Of a DNA stretch of 64,000 nt, positions 39,133-57,182 are shown piece by piece (position 1 is the first letter of the stretch; every line of letters starts with the position of its first letter). The translations under genes were made by a program, and so were the position numbers. The notes beneath the pieces were generated by a model. It worked only from the letters and a program-made list of their open reading frames with translations. It was not told the origin of the DNA and ran no database searches. Source of the stretch: a phage; the sequence record PX930852.1. One strand, given 5' to 3'.

Positions 39133-39648
39133 ATGATTGATATCTACTTACAAGATGCTCATGCAGATTTCCTTAAAGAGATGCTTAAAAAGTTTATGGC
39201 TTCACATTATGAGAATGAAGCATCTTTTAAAATAGTTACATGTGGCGACGAAGCTGGTTTTGTTGAGATTGAACATGAAGGTACTGGAAAGACTGTTTGT
39301 AAGCTACCTGATAGCATGTTCTCTAAAACGTTCTTAACAAAGACTAGTATAAATGTTAAGCTTGTGCCTCAGATTGAAACATACTCTGGTACAGATTACC
39401 CTAAAGGTTTCAAGTCACTAATGAAGCACTTCTTAGATGACTTTGTGGGTAATCTTCTGAGGGAGGTAACAGAAAGCCGTACAATATTAACTGTAGAGAA
39501 TATAGGGAACACTATCAGGGTTACTTCTGACCGATATTCTATGAGCCTCTTCGACTTTGTACCTAAGAACTTTGATGGTATTCTGGATGAAGAAGATGAC
39601 TGTGTAGACTTTATATTGGTTCTTGAACCAGTTTTTGAGGTTAAATAG
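39133..39648 (+). CDS. Hypothetical protein
   Basis: Start set at ATG 39133 after AGGTGA RBS. Confidence 0.35.
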   Translation: MIDIYLQDAHADFLKEMLKKFMASHYENEASFKIVTCGDEAGFVEIEHEGTGKTVCKLPDSMFSKTFLTKTSINVKLVPQIETYSGTDYPKGFKSLMKHFLDDFVGNLLREVTESRTILTVENIGNTIRVTSDRYSMSLFDFVPKNFDGILDEEDDCVDFILVLEPVFEVK

Positions 39649-39909
39649 ATGAAAATTGAACACTGCTATGAGTCTGATGGGGCACCTATCCGATGTCCAC
39701 ATTGTGGGTGTACAGACTTACAAGGTGAAGTTCATGTGATTGTTAATGGTCATATAGCTGAAGAAAGTACTACATGTGTTGGTTGTGGTGAGCATCTATC
39801 ATTCTGGGCTTATGGTTCATACCAACCTACACCACACCTAATATACCATAGCAATAAAGCCGTGAAGAATGTTATCAACTGGTTCATTAAGAAAGGATTT
39901 ACAAAATGA
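39649..39909 (+). CDS. Small zinc-ribbon protein
   Basis: CPHCGC...CVGCG cysteine pairs. Confidence 0.4.
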   Translation: MKIEHCYESDGAPIRCPHCGCTDLQGEVHVIVNGHIAEESTTCVGCGEHLSFWAYGSYQPTPHLIYHSNKAVKNVINWFIKKGFTK

Positions 39910-40451
39910 TTAAATTAATCTTTGCAAGTGGTGAAAATGGGGAGTTTGGTACTCCAACTGGTATGCCGTGGCCTCGACATAAACAGGACATGCAAGAGTT
40001 TAAGAGACTCACTAAAAATAACTTAGTAGTCATGGGTAATGAGACTTTTAAGACTCTGGGTAGTAAACCTCTACCAGAACGTGCAAACCTAATCTTAACA
40101 AATTCTGTACCATACTTAGGTATAGATTTTGGCAAAGATGGTGTAATGTATGCTAAGGCCAGCAAAGAATCCTTTGGAGCATTTTTGAAGTATCTTGATA
40201 GCTCTATTGATGAAGATGTCTTTGTAATTGGTGGTGCAGGTGTCCTTGTCAATGCTTTACCGTATGCTGGTGTGGTGTTCCATACAGTCTTCCATAAAGT
40301 TACTGAAGAGGCTACTGTGCATTTACCTTTTGAAAACTTCTTTGAGAAGCTGTATGATAACCGTGTATTTACAAAGGTACAGTCAAAACCATCAGAGGAT
40401 GGTAAAGCAACTTTTGAAATTTATGTTCCACAAGTAAAAGGACACTTTTGA
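39906..40451 (+). CDS. folA: Dihydrofolate reductase
   Basis: N-terminal IFASGENGEFG..GMPW pattern typical of DHFR; immediately upstream of thymidylate synthase. Confidence 0.65.
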   Translation: MIKLIFASGENGEFGTPTGMPWPRHKQDMQEFKRLTKNNLVVMGNETFKTLGSKPLPERANLILTNSVPYLGIDFGKDGVMYAKASKESFGAFLKYLDSSIDEDVFVIGGAGVLVNALPYAGVVFHTVFHKVTEEATVHLPFENFFEKLYDNRVFTKVQSKPSEDGKATFEIYVPQVKGHF

Positions 40452-40452
40452 T

Positions 40453-41352
40453 ATGTCACAAGCAGATTCAAGTTACAAAAATATCCTGAACCATGTTTTA
40501 TCCGTTGGTGAACTGCGTACTACACGAACTGGAGATGTTATCTCTGCATTTGCTCCACCTCAGTTTCGTTTTGATATGCGAACTGGTTTCCCGCTCTTAA
40601 CATCTAAACAGGTGTTTACACGGCAAGTCATTGGGGAAGCTTTATGGTTCCTGAATGGTGAGAATAAACTTAGTGAACTCCGTTATCGCACTTGGGGTGA
40701 AAATGATGGAGAACGTTGGACTATCTGGTCAGATGATTTTAAACGTTGGTTAAGCTCTAACTATTCTTCTGAGCAAGACTGGTTAGAAGATGCAGGTGGG
40801 AGAATCTACGGGGTTCAGTGGAGAAACTTCGAAGGTCATAATGGTTGTGTTGTAGACCAGTTAGAGGCCTTAGTAACGAAGATGAAGGGTGATATCACAG
40901 ACCGTTACATGCTTGTTAATGCTTGGAATGCAGCAGATATTGCAGCAAACTCAATGGCTTTAGCACCTTGTCATGTTCTGTTTCAGATTTATATCACTAA
41001 TGAAGGTGAAGTGGATTTGCAATGGTATCAGCGTTCTGTAGACACCTTTTTAGGACTTCCATTCAACATTGCGTCTTATGGCTTCATCTTAGAAGTTCTT
41101 TGCAAGATGACTGGATACACTCCACGGTACTTGATAGGTGTCTTTGGAGATACTCAGATTTATCAGAACCATATGAAGCAGGTTTATGAACTGATAAACA
41201 ATGAAGAGTTCCATGCACCTACTTTTGAGATTGGTGTACAGCTTAACACTCTAAGTGATTTAAAACACCTTACTGCAAGTGATTTTATTGGCGGCATTAA
41301 CAACTACCAACATGCAGGGAAGATTGAAGCACCTCTGTCAGTAGGTAAGTAA
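40453..41352 (+). CDS. thyA: Thymidylate synthase
   Basis: Catalytic-Cys block ALAPCHVLFQ(I)Y and other ThyA conserved segments. Confidence 0.85.
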   Translation: MSQADSSYKNILNHVLSVGELRTTRTGDVISAFAPPQFRFDMRTGFPLLTSKQVFTRQVIGEALWFLNGENKLSELRYRTWGENDGERWTIWSDDFKRWLSSNYSSEQDWLEDAGGRIYGVQWRNFEGHNGCVVDQLEALVTKMKGDITDRYMLVNAWNAADIAANSMALAPCHVLFQIYITNEGEVDLQWYQRSVDTFLGLPFNIASYGFILEVLCKMTGYTPRYLIGVFGDTQIYQNHMKQVYELINNEEFHAPTFEIGVQLNTLSDLKHLTASDFIGGINNYQHAGKIEAPLSVGK

Positions 41353-41354
41353 AA

Positions 41355-41385
41355 CAAAAAAGGCTCCCGTAAAAAGGAGCCTTAA
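41355..41385. terminator. Bidirectional rho-independent terminator between convergent gene blocks
   Basis: GGCTCC-CGTAAAAA-GGAGCC hairpin flanked by A-run upstream and T-rich sequence downstream. Confidence 0.55.
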
Positions 41386-41388
41386 ACT

Positions 41389-41760
41389 TTATTTTTCAGT
41401 ATTCTTTGTGTTCTTCTCAGTAATAGCTTGCAAGGCTGATACTGATTGAGCCAGATTGTTCACACTGTCAGAGAATTTATCAAGAGTTTTGGTAAGTTTT
41501 GCGTTTTCACCCTTAACATTCTCTAACTGAACTTTCTGGTTCTCCATCCCTAGCTGAATCAGTCTCATGTCAGACTGTAAATCACGAATAGCTGAATAGT
41601 TACTTTTGGAATAATTATCTAGCTGCTGTAACTTTGTTGTGACAGACACTTCTTGCTTACCACTTGAAACTTGCATAGTGGTATACATCCCAATAACACT
41701 AAAAATACCAACTACAATTGCACCAATATTGTTTTTAAAAGCTTCCTCTAGCCACTTCAT
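41389..41760 (-). CDS. Membrane-anchored coiled-coil protein (possible lysis accessory or spanin-like protein)
   Basis: N-terminal TM IGAIVVGIFSVIGMY followed by helical, charged sequence. Confidence 0.3.
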   Translation of the reverse strand: MKWLEEAFKNNIGAIVVGIFSVIGMYTTMQVSSGKQEVSVTTKLQQLDNYSKSNYSAIRDLQSDMRLIQLGMENQKVQLENVKGENAKLTKTLDKFSDSVNNLAQSVSALQAITEKNTKNTEK

Positions 41761-41955
41761 TTATTTCTCCCCCTTAAAAGCTTTTTCTAAGTTATCTACG
41801 AACTCATCATCAATAGGCGTGTCTGTTTTACTCGCAAGGTATCTTGCAAGCTTAAAGAACACTTTCTCAATCATGTATTCACTTAGAAGGGATAAAATGA
41901 GTTTCCAGAAGAAGCTACCTAGATTTTTTAGAAGAATTGCTAGGATTGTAGGCAT
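41761..41955 (-). CDS. Small membrane protein (holin-like, tentative)
   Basis: 64 aa, one hydrophobic segment then charged C-terminus; follows the tail fibre genes. Confidence 0.3.
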   Translation of the reverse strand: MPTILAILLKNLGSFFWKLILSLLSEYMIEKVFFKLARYLASKTDTPIDDEFVDNLEKAFKGEK

Positions 41956-42034
41956 TTAATCACCTCATCAGCCAAGATGGTGAGAATACCCATAAAGAAT
42001 ATTAACACCGTCTTAACAATCAGTCAACAAGGGA

Positions 42035-44419
42035 TTAAGCAGTTCTTACCCAAGCCATTAACTTGTAGAACTGGTTAGTAACACTGAATGCTGAACCAGA
42101 ACCTGTACCACCAGTGTTACCACTAACTGTATGAGTGTGAGCACCGATACCTACAGAGTGGGTGTGAGCACCAGTGTTACTTGTAGTACCAGACCATGTG
42201 TGTGTATGGTTACCAGTTGTGTTAGTGTTAGGGAATTTGTTATCTTTTCTATCAAGCCAGTCAAGAGTTCTTGTCTTGCTGTTGCTAACAGTTGTGTAAC
42301 CATACTGAGCATCACCACCATTAACCAATAGCAGACCTAAGTGGTGAGCATGGTTACCCGCAGCACTTGTTGTACCACTTACAGTGTGGGTGTGACCACC
42401 AGTACTATTAGTGCTCTTCGTACCATAATCAAAAGATGAAGTGGTAGCAGAGAAGCTGTGAGTGTGTGATGGTAAGTTACCAACAGCTAATGTTACAGAA
42501 TCTGAACCACCAGTTGTAGCAACATCTGAACCGTTAGCTGCTGCGATTCTGATAGTTCTACCAACACCATTGTTCAGGTACGTCCAAGTTAACCCAGGCA
42601 ACGCTGTGTTAGGGTCAACATTACTGTTAAACCACGTTACAATGCCTACTGGATAGATTTTATTAAGGTCTGTAGAGTCACTAATTGCTGTTGCAATTTT
42701 CTGGTCAGTTTCAGCTTTAGTGTATGCACCAATATCTGAAGGGGTTGGTTTAAAATCAGTTGTATAAAGTTGTGCTTCTCCGGCATAGTCACCATTTTTG
42801 TCATAGGCATAGGTGAATGTTGCCAGACCGTTTGAACCGTATACAAAAGAGATACCCCTTGCATGTGCAGCAGACTTACTAGAGTGAGCAACATGAATTG
42901 CCAACTCTTTCAGACCACTAGTCACACTGTTGTTTCTGACAAAACCTGAATATCCAAGATTAAATGCTGAAGGGTTTTCAAGGTTATCTACAGAGACAGT
43001 CATTAAGGATTGATTTAATAACTGAGTTTTAACAAAATATCTAGCATCTAAGTTAGACCAATCAGAAGGTTGTACTTGACCAGTAATTGTTAGATTCTTA
43101 TTAGCCTTAATCGCTGAGGACATAAGAGTAATTTGAGTCCCAGAGTAGCTGTTGTTTAATGCTACATCAGTAGAATTTGTGCCACCCACACCTACCCACC
43201 ACCTAGATACATTCTGGGTATCAACACCACGGATATATTGTGGCTGTCCCTGTGTTAAGTTTCTTAATACTACGCCTTCATTATTTGATACAATAGTTTG
43301 CACATTCACAAATGTGTTAGCAACATTAAGTTTAGGTAGGTTACTCAAAGTTGCTGCTGGGATGTATCTAGAGTCAATGTTAGCCCAATCTGAAGGTTGA
43401 ACTTGACCAGTGATTCTGAAGTCCTTGTTTACTGCGACATGACCATTGTCAAGTCTAAGATAAGAACCATACACATAGTTGCTGATGAATACAGCAGGTG
43501 TATTATCACCATTTCCTACATACCACTTACCAGAACCATCATTAGCTTCGGCTTTAACGTATAGTGCAGCATTTGCTACAGTATTTTTCAACCTTAAAGC
43601 AGCACTGTCACTAATAATAAGTAGGTTTCTGCTAAACGTGTTAGTGCCAGTGAAATTGTTATTAGCAGCTAACTGTGCAAATCTCTGATTAGCAACTGTC
43701 TGTGTGAAGTATCTAGCATCTAAGTTAGAGAAGTCAGAAGGTTGGACTTGACCAGTGATTCTAAGTGTTTTACTGATAGCAGCAACACTAGACAGATTCA
43801 CTTCACAACCTGTCTTGTAGTTGTGGATAATAACATCATCATTCCCTGAACCATTACCTACATACCACCTATTAGCACCAGTGCTGTCCTGACCTCTAAT
43901 ATACAACGGTGAGTTCTCAGAAGAATTTTTTAGTCTAATAGCTTCGCCATTTGCTTGAATAACCTGTTGGAAGGTAAAGATGTTATTTGCAGCTAATCTT
44001 GAGTATCTTGCATCATTCTCTTCATTAGTTCTCATCCCAAGCTCATTAGGACTTGGCTTATTCAGGGTATGATAAACAGTTGCCGACCTTGAAGCATCTG
44101 CAATAGTTAGCTTAAGACCGTTTGCGTTAATTTTAAAAGTCTTTAAAACATCCCCAATATTAATCTCAGAAGAGCCTGTAGGGTCAAATACTGTCTTACC
44201 ACCATAAAGTAACTTAACAATACCTAAATCACCCGTCATGGTACTACCAATAATCTGAACAAATCTCTCAAGCTTAAAAGATGCTAAGAAATCTTGATAG
44301 GTCATTCGACGGTCTTCATCACCCAGCATTTCAGGTCTCTTTTTAACTCTGACATGAAGAAGGTCATCTGAACGGATTGTATCGATTGAGTTTAATTCAC
44401 TCAACTTGTAATCTGCCAT
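42035..44419 (-). CDS. Tail fibre protein with three internal repeats and His-rich C-terminal tip
   Basis: Triplicated ITGQVQPSD(W/F)(S/A)N(L/I)D(A/S)RY units; C-terminal GxHxH repeats (HTHS, HTHT, NHAHH); terminal WVRTA. Confidence 0.65.
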   Translation of the reverse strand: MADYKLSELNSIDTIRSDDLLHVRVKKRPEMLGDEDRRMTYQDFLASFKLERFVQIIGSTMTGDLGIVKLLYGGKTVFDPTGSSEINIGDVLKTFKINANGLKLTIADASRSATVYHTLNKPSPNELGMRTNEENDARYSRLAANNIFTFQQVIQANGEAIRLKNSSENSPLYIRGQDSTGANRWYVGNGSGNDDVIIHNYKTGCEVNLSSVAAISKTLRITGQVQPSDFSNLDARYFTQTVANQRFAQLAANNNFTGTNTFSRNLLIISDSAALRLKNTVANAALYVKAEANDGSGKWYVGNGDNTPAVFISNYVYGSYLRLDNGHVAVNKDFRITGQVQPSDWANIDSRYIPAATLSNLPKLNVANTFVNVQTIVSNNEGVVLRNLTQGQPQYIRGVDTQNVSRWWVGVGGTNSTDVALNNSYSGTQITLMSSAIKANKNLTITGQVQPSDWSNLDARYFVKTQLLNQSLMTVSVDNLENPSAFNLGYSGFVRNNSVTSGLKELAIHVAHSSKSAAHARGISFVYGSNGLATFTYAYDKNGDYAGEAQLYTTDFKPTPSDIGAYTKAETDQKIATAISDSTDLNKIYPVGIVTWFNSNVDPNTALPGLTWTYLNNGVGRTIRIAAANGSDVATTGGSDSVTLAVGNLPSHTHSFSATTSSFDYGTKSTNSTGGHTHTVSGTTSAAGNHAHHLGLLLVNGGDAQYGYTTVSNSKTRTLDWLDRKDNKFPNTNTTGNHTHTWSGTTSNTGAHTHSVGIGAHTHTVSGNTGGTGSGSAFSVTNQFYKLMAWVRTA

Positions 44420-44439
44420 TATAAATTTTCCTCTTAAAA

Positions 44440-44455
44440 GGGGCTATAAAGCCCC
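44440..44455 (-). promoter_or_regulatory. Conserved GGGGCT-loop-AGCCCC stem-loop between the two tail fibre genes
   Basis: Same stem as hairpins at 6031-6048 and 10804-10819, each just upstream of a gene start on the minus strand. Confidence 0.4.
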
Positions 44456-44465
44456 TGTAAAGAAA

Positions 44466-45653
44466 TTAAGCTGTTCTCTGCCATACATACAGCACGAATG
44501 ATGGCTGCTCAATGTTGAAAGCTTGTCCACCACCAACACTATTAGTGTTTCCACTATGTGTATGCTCAGAAGAAGAAACTGCCACAGTACCATTGTGTGT
44601 GTGTGAACCAATACCAACTGTATGGCTATGAGCACCAATACCCACCGTATGATTATGGTTACCAGTTGTGTTAGTGGTAACGCTAAAAGAGTGGGTGTGC
44701 GAACCAGCGACTTCACAGACAGCATCTGCTGAGTACCATGATTGGTCATTTCTTGTAGACCAAACCATTGCAGGTCTCTCCGATAGGCCACCACCCGCTT
44801 CATAGGTCAATCTGTGGTTGTGAGCACCAGCAGCACTTGTTGACCCACTACCAACGTGATTGTGGTTACCAGTTGTGTTAGTAGTCTTTGTTCCATAGTC
44901 AAAAGAGTTGGTAGTCTTAGTCCCATAGTCAAAAGCTGAAATTGAAACAGTTGCATTATGAGTGTGACCACCACCACTAAGAGATACAGAGTGTGAGTGT
45001 TGAGGCATGTTATTAACTGACAAAGTGACAGTCGAAGCACCAAATACAGAACCTGCTGGCCTTGTATCAGAGTCATAGCCAACCAATGCCCTACCTTTTG
45101 AAACCAACTCCCAAGTACCTCCACAAATTAAGTATGTAGAAGGGTTTGCAGAGTTCATAGAAAGATGGATAGTACCTACTGGATAAGAAGCCTGAACAGC
45201 CTTGTACAAGTTATTTACTGCTCTTGCTGTAGCATACTTATCTGCATCTTCATTATACAGGTTAGATGTTGTCCAGTTCTGAACATTACTTAAACCAACC
45301 TGTGCCTTAGTTGTATTGTGTGGGTTACTCTTGTCCTTGATATGTTGCTGAACAAGGTTATTAACCTCTTCTGAAGACATAATCTGTAGATTTGCTCTTG
45401 CCTCAGCTACATTAACAATATCTGATAAGTTATTTGCAGCGACTAACTGAAGAGCATTAATAACGTTATCTAAACCAATTTGTGTTTTAGTCACACCATG
45501 AGGGTTATTTCTTAGGCTTGAGTGTGGAGCAAGTAATTGCTCAAGAGTACATCTCTTATCCTCAATACCCTGCTTAAGATGGAAGATATCACTAAGGTCA
45601 ATTGGTAAGGCTGCTTGAGGCAAGGCACTAATTTGAATTTCACCTACCGCCAT
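44466..45653 (-). CDS. Tail fibre protein with His-rich (GxHxH) C-terminal tip
   Basis: Multiple HTH/NHNH/HSH repeats and terminal WQRTA homologous to the C-terminus of the 794-aa fibre. Confidence 0.65.
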   Translation of the reverse strand: MAVGEIQISALPQAALPIDLSDIFHLKQGIEDKRCTLEQLLAPHSSLRNNPHGVTKTQIGLDNVINALQLVAANNLSDIVNVAEARANLQIMSSEEVNNLVQQHIKDKSNPHNTTKAQVGLSNVQNWTTSNLYNEDADKYATARAVNNLYKAVQASYPVGTIHLSMNSANPSTYLICGGTWELVSKGRALVGYDSDTRPAGSVFGASTVTLSVNNMPQHSHSVSLSGGGHTHNATVSISAFDYGTKTTNSFDYGTKTTNTTGNHNHVGSGSTSAAGAHNHRLTYEAGGGLSERPAMVWSTRNDQSWYSADAVCEVAGSHTHSFSVTTNTTGNHNHTVGIGAHSHTVGIGSHTHNGTVAVSSSEHTHSGNTNSVGGGQAFNIEQPSFVLYVWQRTA

Positions 45654-45655
45654 TA

Positions 45656-53677
<8,022 letters not shown>

Positions 53678-53678
<1 letters not shown>

Positions 53679-53917
53679 TACATTTTTCCTGCTCTTCTAA
53701 GTTCGTTGTAAGCAATTTCCTCTTTATACGACCTCTGAATCTCAAGAAATTGTCTCAATGATAATAAATCAGAGAATGTCATAGCAAAGAGTTGGTCAAG
53801 TGTTTCTTTACACCCTTCCATACCATAAATAGCAAGCACAAATTTCATCTCGTCTGCTTCTTCATAGGTTGCCTCTACAGCAGCATCAGTTAGTGGTGTC
53901 TGTAGAGTGTTACCCAT
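53678..53917 (-). CDS. Tail assembly chaperone (second ORF of pair)
   Basis: Small acidic ORF immediately upstream of tape measure gene. Confidence 0.4.
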
Positions 53918-53919
53918 GT

Positions 53920-54318
53920 TTACTGAGAAGTTAGGCTTTTGAAAATGCTTGCTTCGAAAAAACTTCCGAAGTTTGCCTCCAGCGCAAATGCTAAGTAATC
54001 AATAAATTCACCATAGTTTGCTTGGAAGTATGTATCAATATTAAGTGGGAAGTCATCAACAGTTGCCCCTTGAAATAACAGGGTAGCCATTTCTTCAAGG
54101 TTAATTTCTTCAATTCTGTCAAAACAAGCTTCAACAAGTTCTTTAAATGGAACCATTGGAGCTTCTTTCTTACCCTTGTCAGTCAGACTTGACAGCATCT
54201 GTGCAAAAGTTGGAACAACAATTTTACCCAACTTCATAGACATCTTAATACCATCTCTTGCCCCAAGCAGAACGATATTTACTTTCTTACCATTAATTAC
54301 TCTAGATTCTGTTTTCAT
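53920..54318 (-). CDS. Tail assembly chaperone
   Basis: 132-aa ORF between tube and tape measure genes. Confidence 0.4.
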   Translation of the reverse strand: MKTESRVINGKKVNIVLLGARDGIKMSMKLGKIVVPTFAQMLSSLTDKGKKEAPMVPFKELVEACFDRIEEINLEEMATLLFQGATVDDFPLNIDTYFQANYGEFIDYLAFALEANFGSFFEASIFKSLTSQ

Positions 54319-54344
54319 TGTGATTCCTTAATACTTTTAAAAGA

Positions 54345-54380
54345 AACAAAAAAGGGGAAGACCTTTTAAAGTCTCCCCCT
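54345..54380 (-). terminator. Rho-independent terminator downstream of tail tube gene
   Basis: GGGGGAGAC..GGTCTTCCCC hairpin followed by a long T-run on the minus strand. Confidence 0.5.
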
Positions 54381-54391
54381 TATAGGATTTA

Positions 54392-54838
54392 TTAAACACT
54401 TGACGCTGGAATTGTAGAAGTGTAGTCTAGCTTCTCACAACCAAAAATCCAAGTTTTAGAGTTCTGGTCACGACCAAGTTCAATCTGCGGTAATTCCTGC
54501 AACCAAGCATTAATACCAGTTGCCAGAACAGAGCCTGATGGGTCGTAGATTACGAAGTTAGAAGAGATATCTTCTTCAAGTTCCATATTGTCTTGTTTAG
54601 CTTGAATTGCAGAAAGCATCTGGTTAGAGAGAGAAGTCTGCATTAACTCAATCTCAATAGTACCTGTCTTGTCTGCATTTCTTGTCAGAGCAACTTGACC
54701 ACCTGCACCAACAACTGGTGTCACAAGTGGTGATGTTCTCTGTAGACGCAAGAATGAATCTGGGGCAAAGCCTTCAATGGCAATACCATTCCAGCTACAT
54801 ACAACGTCTTTAGGGGAATATTGCTGATACATAGCCAT
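54392..54838 (-). CDS. Tail tube protein
   Basis: 148 aa directly downstream of the sheath-sized gene and followed by a strong terminator. Confidence 0.5.
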   Translation of the reverse strand: MAMYQQYSPKDVVCSWNGIAIEGFAPDSFLRLQRTSPLVTPVVGAGGQVALTRNADKTGTIEIELMQTSLSNQMLSAIQAKQDNMELEEDISSNFVIYDPSGSVLATGINAWLQELPQIELGRDQNSKTWIFGCEKLDYTSTIPASSV

Positions 54839-54853
54839 TCCAATTTACCTCTA

Positions 54854-56206
54854 TTATTCGTAAGCCACTGTACCTTTCAAGTCAACATCCAAGATAGCCC
54901 CTGCTAAGATACCTGCGAAGGTAACGTCTTTCAGGATACGTGCTTTCTTGTCTGCTAAAGCAACTTGAGAGGCTTTAGGAACATTAACTGTGTAAGATGA
55001 CAGGAAGTTTCTGTTGACTGCTCTTTGCAGAGAGGTTTCAATGACTTGACGAATACGAGTAATACCAGTATCATCATAAGTAATCTTACCACCCTTCTGG
55101 TTAATTAGCAAGTCTCTCAGAGAAGTTTTCAGGTCTGATTCTAACCAGTCAACACCACGGATGATATCAATCCATTCCCCACCAGAAGTAATCCCTCTAC
55201 GAACCACTGGAACACCACCATCAAGGTCAATAAAGTTACAGTGACGTGCATCTAAAGCAGACTTCTGAATACTTGTCAGAGGTCTCTGATTAGATGGTTG
55301 TAGAGAAGCTGCTACACCAGTTAGCTGAGCATTACCCCAAGCAATCGAACCTGCGTCATATGGAGCACCATAAGCAATGTATGCCATCTCTGGATAATCT
55401 TCTGCTGCTGTGTGATGCCACAAGCAAACTGTACGAGTGTACATATTCTTAGCAAGCTGTGCTGGAACATCATTTGCACTGGCTAATTCTGTGCCTTGCA
55501 GTGCTGCTACATCTGAGTTAGCCGTAAAGAAGATTTTCTTGCGAGCCTGAATCTCAGAAGCCATTGCTAAGACAAACTGTTGAGTTCTGTCTTCTGCTGC
55601 AATGAAATACCAGTCAGTAGAATAAGCTTCGATAGCTGCCAGAGCAGTTGATGCTGTATCGGCAGTTGTACTTGCAATGTATACAGTCTGTGCTGTGGTT
55701 GTTACTTTCACAAAGTCATTATCACCAGCTTTGGTAATAATCATTGTGGCAGAGCCATTGCTACCAGTTACATTCACAGAAACCTTATCTTTGATTGTTG
55801 GGTCAGCTTCAATCTGTGTTTTAAACTGTTGCAACACTACCTCAGCAGTGTCTGAGTCTTGTGCTGTGTACTGGTATGGTTGAGAAATTCCACCGCCAGC
55901 AGCTACAGTAATTGAGTAGTCTGTACTTTCGGTAACGGCATCAGGAATTGATACAGTGTACTGCATAGCACGTCTACCAATATAAAGCTGAGTTACTTTA
56001 GGAGTCTGACTCCAAAGTTGTTTAGCAGCCTTATATGCAGCAGAGTTTTCATCGAAATCTTCAGCAACTTCAGTTAAGGAAGTGTAACCACGTACTCTTT
56101 CTTCAAAATTATCTGTTGAAGCTAAGAATAGTGGCAAACCAAAACCTTCTCTTGTAGTTCCTGCGGTGTTCAATGTAATATCTACATTAACAATTGGATT
56201 CCACAT
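54854..56206 (-). CDS. Tail sheath protein
   Basis: 450 aa immediately upstream of tube gene; contractile-tail gene order. Confidence 0.5.
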   Translation of the reverse strand: MWNPIVNVDITLNTAGTTREGFGLPLFLASTDNFEERVRGYTSLTEVAEDFDENSAAYKAAKQLWSQTPKVTQLYIGRRAMQYTVSIPDAVTESTDYSITVAAGGGISQPYQYTAQDSDTAEVVLQQFKTQIEADPTIKDKVSVNVTGSNGSATMIITKAGDNDFVKVTTTAQTVYIASTTADTASTALAAIEAYSTDWYFIAAEDRTQQFVLAMASEIQARKKIFFTANSDVAALQGTELASANDVPAQLAKNMYTRTVCLWHHTAAEDYPEMAYIAYGAPYDAGSIAWGNAQLTGVAASLQPSNQRPLTSIQKSALDARHCNFIDLDGGVPVVRRGITSGGEWIDIIRGVDWLESDLKTSLRDLLINQKGGKITYDDTGITRIRQVIETSLQRAVNRNFLSSYTVNVPKASQVALADKKARILKDVTFAGILAGAILDVDLKGTVAYE

Positions 56207-56806
56207 TTATTTTACCCCTTTGGAGTCTACATCTAGATGGATAGTATATTCTGGTGGCTCTTGTCCTTCTTCATAAACCAACTCACCATCAACAATGACA
56301 CGCTCAATAATACTTCCACGTTCATCCTTCAGGACTGAGTTTTTTACAAGAGTTACAACAAGAGGTGCAGAATTTTCGAAATCTGTATTGAGATAAGTGT
56401 AATCATTTGGGATTGCTCCAGTGTCCAGTACTGTAGCTCCTGTTTCTTCAAGGATTAAATCTCTGACTGAACTCATCTCTAATCGTTGTTTAAGCTCAAG
56501 CATAATACTGTGAGCACCTTTACCATTCACCGTAATTAACACTGGAATCTGAAAAGCAATTCTGTAGCAAACTACATCATCCTCAACAAACTTATCAAGA
56601 ACCCAACCATAAGGTGTTGCAGCATCTTGACAGTATACGGTGATAAATGGCTGGTCAGGTTTTAAACCTTTGTCATTTGAGTTATCAGAAGGGTAAGCTC
56701 TAATTACATTTGGTCTATTATTCTTATCACGAGCTAGTCTGTGACCAATAACATCCACTAAGGTTCTAACTAGACCTTTTTCAAGTTCTGCTGTTTCTAA
56801 CTGCAT
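56207..56806 (-). CDS. Head-tail joining / tail completion protein
   Basis: Position between capsid and sheath genes. Confidence 0.35.
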   Translation of the reverse strand: MQLETAELEKGLVRTLVDVIGHRLARDKNNRPNVIRAYPSDNSNDKGLKPDQPFITVYCQDAATPYGWVLDKFVEDDVVCYRIAFQIPVLITVNGKGAHSIMLELKQRLEMSSVRDLILEETGATVLDTGAIPNDYTYLNTDFENSAPLVVTLVKNSVLKDERGSIIERVIVDGELVYEEGQEPPEYTIHLDVDSKGVK

Positions 56807-57182
56807 TCATTTTATCCCTTCTAATAATGATATATTCATAATGGGACGTATGGGCTAATTGCTGTGACCAATCCATAGTCATAAATACTTCATACTCATG
56901 ACCATCAATCATAACAATGTCAGACTCATTCCACTCTACATCATCTGAAGTTCTAAGCTTATATGTGGTATACAGGATTCTTGTATCAGTAAGCCTAATA
57001 CCTTCCGGTAAAGCAATCTGTGTACCATTCTTTACAGAACCTTTGATATATGGCTGGATATTACCTTTACAGTTGACCTCTACAATATCTTGCGAAGCTA
57101 CCCAATCACCATCATCGTTATAATAACCGTCTTCAGAGACTTTACGCTTTACTACAAAGCTGTGTCTGTTTAAGAGTCTCAT
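56781..57182 (-). CDS. Head-tail connector protein
   Basis: Position. Confidence 0.3.
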   Translation of the reverse strand: MRLLNRHSFVVKRKVSEDGYYNDDGDWVASQDIVEVNCKGNIQPYIKGSVKNGTQIALPEGIRLTDTRILYTTYKLRTSDDVEWNESDIVMIDGHEYEVFMTMDWSQQLAHTSHYEYIIIRRDKMNAVRNSRT

